Source of the DNA: Bdellovibrionales bacterium
GTDB lineage: Bacteria > Bdellovibrionota > Bdellovibrionia > Bdellovibrionales > UBA1609
Reading direction: 5' to 3'
NCBI GenBank assembly: GCA_965200875.1
Contig: OZ241456.1
Location: 1,440,001 to 1,504,000, forward strand
DNA: 64,000 nucleotides
The stretch's first letter is position 1; each line of letters starts with the position of its first letter. Below the pieces are notes generated by a model, which saw nothing but the letters and a program-made list of their open reading frames with translations, made no database searches and was not told the DNA's origin. Shown in pieces: positions 58,580 to 64,000 of this stretch. The position numbers were made by a program, and so were the translations under genes.

Positions 58580-59854
58580 TTAATTTGATGAAAAATACCT
58601 GAACATTTTAAGCAAATGCAAAGCCTGTTTGAGATCTGTATCCTCTTCACTGGCAAATCGTACATATTTTGATTCATCAGTCAACAAAGGCTTTGAAAAT
58701 TCAATATCAGGTATTATGCCTTGTTTGTGAATGGAGTTGCCTTTAGGTGTATAATAATGCGCTACTGTCAGTTTGATTGCGTTTTCGCTGTCAACAGGCA
58801 ACAATGACTGTACAGAACCTTTCCCAAAGCTTTTCCTGCCTAAAAGCATGGCTCTTTTATTTTCCTTTAAAGCCCCCGCCAACACTTCAGCCGCACTGGC
58901 GGAATAAGCATCTATAAGAACCAACATGGGAAAGTTAGAAAAAGTATTTTGAGAACGAGCTTTGAATATTTTGTCATAACTTTTTATCCGACCTTTTACG
59001 CTAACAATTGTGCCCTTTGACATAAAAAGATCTGCTACTTTTATTGCGGAATCAAACACCCCACCAGGATTTCCTCTTAAATCGAGGATTACACCAACCC
59101 ATTTACAAAGTCGTTGCGTTTTTTCCTGGCTTGGATTTTTTATGGCAGGCTTTTTGGAAACACAATCCAGCAGATTTGTGTATTTACTCATAATTTTTCT
59201 GATTTCCCGCGAAGTGCGTTCCGTAAAAGCATTAATCCTGATATAAAGCATTCCGCTACCAAAATTTTTGCTTACAACAGATTGCACGGTAATAAATTTG
59301 GATTTCATGCGCACCTTGTGAATCTTCTTTGAATCAGGCCCTTTAACAGTAAGATGAAACTCCTTACCTCTGTGCCCTTTAAGCATATTGGATATTTCCA
59401 TTTTATTCAAACCCAGTGTTTTTTTGCTGTTTATCTGTAAAATAATCTGTCCGGGATATAATCCTGCTTTACGAGCAGGAGAATTTTGCAACACAGAAAT
59501 AATTACCGGGTGTTTGTTTTTTATTGTCAGCTCCAAGCCCAAACCACTAAATTGTCCTCTCACTTCTTTTTTAAATTGTTTTAATTGCTCCTCCTGCAAA
59601 AAGTGAGAATGAGGATCCAACTCTCTTAACATGCCATTAATCGCACCCTGAATAAGCTCTTTCGAGGATATTTCCTGAACATAAGATTTTTCTATGGTGC
59701 TTAACACATTTGAAAAGATTTTAAGATTCTGATACCTGTGAGAATCATCCTGCTTATCAGATAGTAGTTGTTCTTGAGCAAAAGCCAAGGTTACACCAGA
59801 ACCAAGCAGAATAAAAACCAGCCAATTCATTAAAATATAAAACATTAAAAACAC
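58580..59854 (-). CDS. S41 family C-terminal processing protease (CtpA/Prc-like)
   Basis: LDPHS, PDZ GLGL, LDLRGNPGG, SASAAEV, FGKGSVQ and GIIPDI motifs. Confidence 0.94.
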   Translation of the reverse strand: MFLMFYILMNWLVFILLGSGVTLAFAQEQLLSDKQDDSHRYQNLKIFSNVLSTIEKSYVQEISSKELIQGAINGMLRELDPHSHFLQEEQLKQFKKEVRGQFSGLGLELTIKNKHPVIISVLQNSPARKAGLYPGQIILQINSKKTLGLNKMEISNMLKGHRGKEFHLTVKGPDSKKIHKVRMKSKFITVQSVVSKNFGSGMLYIRINAFTERTSREIRKIMSKYTNLLDCVSKKPAIKNPSQEKTQRLCKWVGVILDLRGNPGGVFDSAIKVADLFMSKGTIVSVKGRIKSYDKIFKARSQNTFSNFPMLVLIDAYSASAAEVLAGALKENKRAMLLGRKSFGKGSVQSLLPVDSENAIKLTVAHYYTPKGNSIHKQGIIPDIEFSKPLLTDESKYVRFASEEDTDLKQALHLLKMFRYFSSN

Positions 59855-59860
59855 CTTTCC

Positions 59861-60976
59861 TTATAATAACAAAAACCCTTGTAAAAAAATCACGGCAATC
59901 AACAAAGAATATCTAGCAAACTTTGCAACCCTTTGCTGACCGATTTTTTCATGCACCAGTAAATAAACACAGGGAATATAAAACAAAGAGGAAATAATGG
60001 TTAAAGGTCTGGACAAAGCCAAGTAAAAAAAAGAGACAAAAGCCAAAATGAAAAACAAGCCGGAGAGCATAAAACCAAAAGACAAACTTAAATCACCAGT
60101 TGCAAACAAATTTTTGAAATATTCAGAGGGATTTTGTCGATCTCTTTCTAAGTGAGTCATATTAAAAAACACATGAAAAGCTATAGCTGAAAAATTAAAA
60201 TACACTGCGGAAAAAGCAAAAGAGAAAAACACATTTCCAAAAGAATGAGGAGTGAAAATCGGCAATATAAAAATAAGGCAATTAAAAAAACATAAAGGGA
60301 AACCCACTGTGTAAGAAAAACGGGTTGGGTCTAGATCCTCCTTCATAAAACGACGATGAATATTTATTTTTTTGGAAAAAAACATTGTGAATACAGAAGG
60401 ATTGACCAATATAAACTTTCTGGCAGATCGAGCCACTTTGAGATCCGCCATAGAGTTTCCCGCATAATCAAACTGCTTTTCTCCATATTTCCCCACAAGA
60501 AACAAAGCTTTTTTTTTGCCCACTAGATTTTTTCCCAATGTGGATCCCCATACTTGATCAAACAAACCCACAAGTTTCTGTATTTTCTCAGCGTAAGTTT
60601 GAGTGGAACCTGTGCACAATATAAGCGTTCGTCCACGAGCTTTTTCCTCTTTCAAATAATTCAGAAATTTTTTTGTAAAGGGCATATCTTTTAAAGAAAG
60701 GCCGGCCCATTTTTCTAATTCTATTTTAAAATAACCTTCTTCCTTGACTTTTATTTTTTGCTTTATGATTTTTAACAGCTGATAAGGATATTTTATCAAA
60801 ACAGCCAGAAAAGACTCCCAAGGCAATTCTGTTTTTATCAATGATCCATCCAGATCCACCACCAAAGGAGGCTCGGAAGAATCAACAGCAGTAACTGAAA
60901 CATTTTCTGTGTGTGTGATTTCCTCATCCAAATCCCGTGCGGATGGATAAAGAAGAGCTGATTTACTTTCACTCAA
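59861..60976 (-). CDS. HAD-like domain fused to a degenerate/truncated UbiA-type membrane domain
   Basis: PLVVDLDGSL and FDYAGNSMADL motifs; C-terminal TM helices with FATGDLS. Confidence 0.75.
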   Translation of the reverse strand: MSESKSALLYPSARDLDEEITHTENVSVTAVDSSEPPLVVDLDGSLIKTELPWESFLAVLIKYPYQLLKIIKQKIKVKEEGYFKIELEKWAGLSLKDMPFTKKFLNYLKEEKARGRTLILCTGSTQTYAEKIQKLVGLFDQVWGSTLGKNLVGKKKALFLVGKYGEKQFDYAGNSMADLKVARSARKFILVNPSVFTMFFSKKINIHRRFMKEDLDPTRFSYTVGFPLCFFNCLIFILPIFTPHSFGNVFFSFAFSAVYFNFSAIAFHVFFNMTHLERDRQNPSEYFKNLFATGDLSLSFGFMLSGLFFILAFVSFFYLALSRPLTIISSLFYIPCVYLLVHEKIGQQRVAKFARYSLLIAVIFLQGFLLL

Positions 60977-61081
60977 GATTACCTCCTTTATGACTCCGTT
61001 GACTTTTTTTCTTGAAAGCTATAACAATCTTTCCATTTTTGGAAAAAACCACTCCGGTCTTACTCAGTATTTCCTAGACAG

Positions 61082-62446
61082 CTATTTATTCAAAAAAGGA
61101 GACCACTTCGGACTTTTATAGTTGTGTGAGTCCATAGTGATCCGAGTTGTCCGGGAATTCAACAAATTCATAATATAAAGCTGATATTTCCCGGTCCTAT
61201 TGCTGGTAAATACAATATATCGACCATCAGGGGAAAAAGAAGGGGATTCATGATTGGCCCAGCGGTTATTCATTTTTTTAAAACTAGTAAGACGGCGAAG
61301 CTGAGAACCATCCGCGTTCATAATAAAAATATCAAACCTGCCACCTGCCAAACCGGAAAATACCACCTGCTTTCCATCCGGGGAATAATCCGGTGTGGAG
61401 TTATAAGTGCCTTGCCATGTAACAGGACGAATGTTTTTACCATTTATGTTCATGGAGTAAATCATTACTTTTCCTCCTCTGTCCGAAGAGAATAAAATAT
61501 TTTTTCCCGTAGGATGAACAACCGGCTCCACATTAATGGAATTGTTCGGACCAAAAGTAACAGGTTTAATGGAACCATCTATCAGAGACATTTTCGCAAT
61601 ATCCATGTGACCTCTCCCCAAAAATAAAGAAAGTAAAATATGCTTTCCATCGGGAAGAAAATCCGATCCCAAGTGTGTCCCTCTTCTCTTGGAGACAATC
61701 CGGCGGGTGTTCATAAAACGATCATATAAAATAAGAGAACCGGTTCTGCTTTTCACACTTTTCCGATAAAGAAAGGCTGTGTAAGCAATATATTTTCCAT
61801 CTCCAGACCAGCTGGGAGAAAATGCCACACTTTTATGAAAGGAAACTTGTTTTTTATTTTCCCCATTCCAGTCCATAATAAAAAGCTCTTTTTTACTCCC
61901 CTTCATGCTTCGTGCCACTACAATTTTTGTCAGGAAAATACCTAGTTTTTTTGTCAGCGTAAAAACAATGTCATCACAGATTTTATGAGCCAGTTTTTTT
62001 GCCAAAGCTAAAGCCGAAGTGTATTTTTTTTGAAACACTTTTCGCTTTAGAGGAATATGATAAAGGTATAAATCCACCTGCACTTTTCCCTCTTTAAGCA
62101 AATAACTGCCTAACACCAAGTAATCCGTTCTTAATAGCTTCCAGTTTTTCCATCTGAAGCCATCAGGATTTTTCGGATAAGGTTCAAACATTTTTTCACC
62201 GGGCTTTTCCAAAAAGGCCACCTGATCTATAAGTTTAAAATAACCGGAGGCCGACAGATTATCCTGTATAGTTTGAAAAATCAGACTTCCCGACTTTAAA
62301 GCCTGAGGAGAGGCAGGCCCAAGTAACAAAAGAGGTTGTATGGCCATCTGGCTTTCTCTGACATGCGCTTTCCCTACATCAATAAAAACAAAAGCGTCTG
62401 TTGAAAAAGATATTAAAAAAAATCCCGTTAAAATTATTCTGGAAAT
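61082..62446 (-). CDS. tolB: Tol-Pal beta-propeller protein TolB (first ATG 62347; signal peptide frame extends to ATT 62446)
   Basis: PD40 repeats (SPSWSGDG, PDYSPDG, SPSFSPDG); position downstream of tolQRA. Confidence 0.9.
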   Translation of the reverse strand: MSRIILTGFFLISFSTDAFVFIDVGKAHVRESQMAIQPLLLLGPASPQALKSGSLIFQTIQDNLSASGYFKLIDQVAFLEKPGEKMFEPYPKNPDGFRWKNWKLLRTDYLVLGSYLLKEGKVQVDLYLYHIPLKRKVFQKKYTSALALAKKLAHKICDDIVFTLTKKLGIFLTKIVVARSMKGSKKELFIMDWNGENKKQVSFHKSVAFSPSWSGDGKYIAYTAFLYRKSVKSRTGSLILYDRFMNTRRIVSKRRGTHLGSDFLPDGKHILLSLFLGRGHMDIAKMSLIDGSIKPVTFGPNNSINVEPVVHPTGKNILFSSDRGGKVMIYSMNINGKNIRPVTWQGTYNSTPDYSPDGKQVVFSGLAGGRFDIFIMNADGSQLRRLTSFKKMNNRWANHESPSFSPDGRYIVFTSNRTGKYQLYIMNLLNSRTTRITMDSHNYKSPKWSPFLNK

Positions 62447-63210
62447 TTGAACACCACTCCTTTTAAAAGTAATTTTTTGATCTTCTTTGTGGGAGGAGGA
62501 GGTAAAGGTGAAGCTCTTTCAACGGTCTCCAGCACTCTGGCGTCAAAGTCCTCATTACCTGAGGATGTCATAATCTCCCCTTTTAAAACTACTCCTTCAC
62601 TATTGATAATTGTATGAATTTCTGCCCGCAAATTTTTATCTGCCAATTCCTGAGGCAGACTCCAATACATATTAATATGTGCTCTCACAGATGTAAAGTA
62701 CTGAAGTGTGCCAAAGTCCGCAGTTGTTTCCCCTGTCTGGCTGTTTCCCTTGGAAATGGCTGAACCTGTGTATGGACTTTGCTTCAGCTCCTCTTTTATT
62801 TGTTCAATGCTTTCCATAGCTGACAGTTTATCCATTGCCTGACTTTGCTTTTTTTGAATATTTTTAATACGCTTTATTTTATCCATCGCCTGAGTTTGCT
62901 TCTCTTTTATATCCGGTTTGCTGGTTTTTTTGACTACGCGGTTTTTTATCTTTTTGGGCAAAGGTACTTTCTTAGCTGGTTTTTCACGAATCAGCGGATT
63001 TTTGACGGACTTTTTCAGAGATTGAGAAGATTCCACTCTTCGTTTTAATTCCGGCAAACCAATAGTATCCACACGAATGGCGTTTTTAATTTGAATATGT
63101 TTTTTGGAAAATCCATCGAATGAAGGGTCCAACATAAAGTACCCGAAAATAAAAATGTGGATAATACAAGAGTAAAACAGAAATCGGGAAAAAAAGTCTC
63201 TAGTATACAC
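62434..63210 (-). CDS. tolA: TolA/TonB-family protein
   Basis: N-terminal TM with His; Lys-rich linker; C-terminal SSGNEDFD...ASPLPPPP; operon context. Confidence 0.85.
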   Translation of the reverse strand: MYTRDFFSRFLFYSCIIHIFIFGYFMLDPSFDGFSKKHIQIKNAIRVDTIGLPELKRRVESSQSLKKSVKNPLIREKPAKKVPLPKKIKNRVVKKTSKPDIKEKQTQAMDKIKRIKNIQKKQSQAMDKLSAMESIEQIKEELKQSPYTGSAISKGNSQTGETTADFGTLQYFTSVRAHINMYWSLPQELADKNLRAEIHTIINSEGVVLKGEIMTSSGNEDFDARVLETVERASPLPPPPTKKIKKLLLKGVVFKFPE

Positions 63211-63245
63211 TTAAAAAACACGCCTTTCTTTGTCACGGGTGACTC

Positions 63246-63665
63246 TCATTGCTTTGTCTTAAAAGTGGTAATTAAACTCACCTGATACAATCCCGCTGAA
63301 CGCATTTCTGCCAAAGCCTCAGCCACCACCCCATAATCAACCTTTTTATCCGCTTGAATATACACTTGTTTATTTTTCCTGTCTTTTAAAATAGCTGTTG
63401 TTTTCCGGCCTAATTGAGAAAGGGGAATTTGCGTTGAACCTAAAAAGATCTTTTTATTTTTCCTGATTTCCAGGATAAAAGGTTCATCGGGCACACTAAT
63501 ACCCGCAGATGCAGTTTCAGGAAGCTCTATGTTCAGACCTTGTTGCATCATGGGTGCTGTAACCATAAAAATGATCAGTAATACCAGCATTACATCCACA
63601 AAAGGTGTAACATTAATTTCACTTAAAACTCTTCGTTCCTGTCTGTTTTCTGTTTGCGCTCCCAT
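63246..63665 (-). CDS. tolR: TolR/ExbD protein
   Basis: EINVTPFVDVMLVLLIIFMVTAP; ADKKVDYG. Confidence 0.93.
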   Translation of the reverse strand: MGAQTENRQERRVLSEINVTPFVDVMLVLLIIFMVTAPMMQQGLNIELPETASAGISVPDEPFILEIRKNKKIFLGSTQIPLSQLGRKTTAILKDRKNKQVYIQADKKVDYGVVAEALAEMRSAGLYQVSLITTFKTKQ

Positions 63666-63674
63666 TTTATTCCT

Positions 63675-64000
63675 TTATTTAAAAAAGTTTCTTTTGGAAA
63701 TATTCAGAAAATCTGTCACAAAATTATTAAATTGCAACTCAGCTTTTTTAATTTCATGTATGAAATGATTATAAAAAACCGCCGCGGGAATAGCCGCAAA
63801 CAGGCCAAAACCTGTAACAATAAGAGCCTCTGAAATACCGGGGGCCACAACAGCCAAGTTCGCAGAACCCATTGCCCCTATTTGCTGAAAAGCGTTCATA
63901 ATACCAAATACTGTGCCAAACAAACCAATAAACGGGCTTACAGAACCAGTTGTGGCTAAAAAAGCCAACCGTCTTTCCATATAAGAAACTTCATTGTTCA
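63675..64000 (-). CDS. tolQ: TolQ/ExbB protein, 5'-partial
   Basis: SPFIGLFGTVFGIM, VAPGISEAL and GLFAAIPA motifs. Confidence 0.93.
   Translation of the reverse strand, partial: NNEVSYMERRLAFLATTGSVSPFIGLFGTVFGIMNAFQQIGAMGSANLAVVAPGISEALIVTGFGLFAAIPAAVFYNHFIHEIKKAELQFNNFVTDFLNISKRNFFK

Noticed and set aside
1..64000. CRISPR array or rRNA genes
   Set aside because: No regularly spaced repeat-spacer units and no rRNA-like sequence seen; the tandem repeats are all inside coding frames.

Overview
AT-rich bacterial chromosomal window, most likely a Bdellovibrionota member. This is inferred from gene content: a nuoB-CD-E-F-G-I block with short NuoG, prepilin-like Cys-rich and large secreted proteins, and FliA-type promoters. 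The backbone is housekeeping: ybeY, murJ, rpsT, hflX, gpmA, corA, grxD, murD, mraY, pgsA, tRNA-Pro, tRNA-His, ETF-QO, recO, lnt, nuo genes, rnr, uvrC, an RpoH-like sigma factor, an S41 protease and tolQRAB. The main accessory feature is a ~9.4 kb island between nuoCD and nuoE, bounded by a degenerate 13-14 bp direct repeat. It carries (1) a co-oriented dual-OB / DUF488 / DUF488 / adenine MTase / frameshifted REase cassette, (2) a chimeric-looking secreted glycine-zipper protein, (3) an Rpn nuclease with an intragenic small-protein start, and (4) an NspC-like decarboxylase coupled to a DUF3326 protein. Other signals: a truncated Rpn copy that keeps only the small C-terminal ORF; a C10 tract that puts a pilin-like gene out of frame with its SD-led start; a dispersed promoter-containing repeat (5 clear copies); paralogous secreted pentapeptide genes with a shared leader; and many in-frame insertions in housekeeping proteins. 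All family calls come from motif recognition, with no database search.
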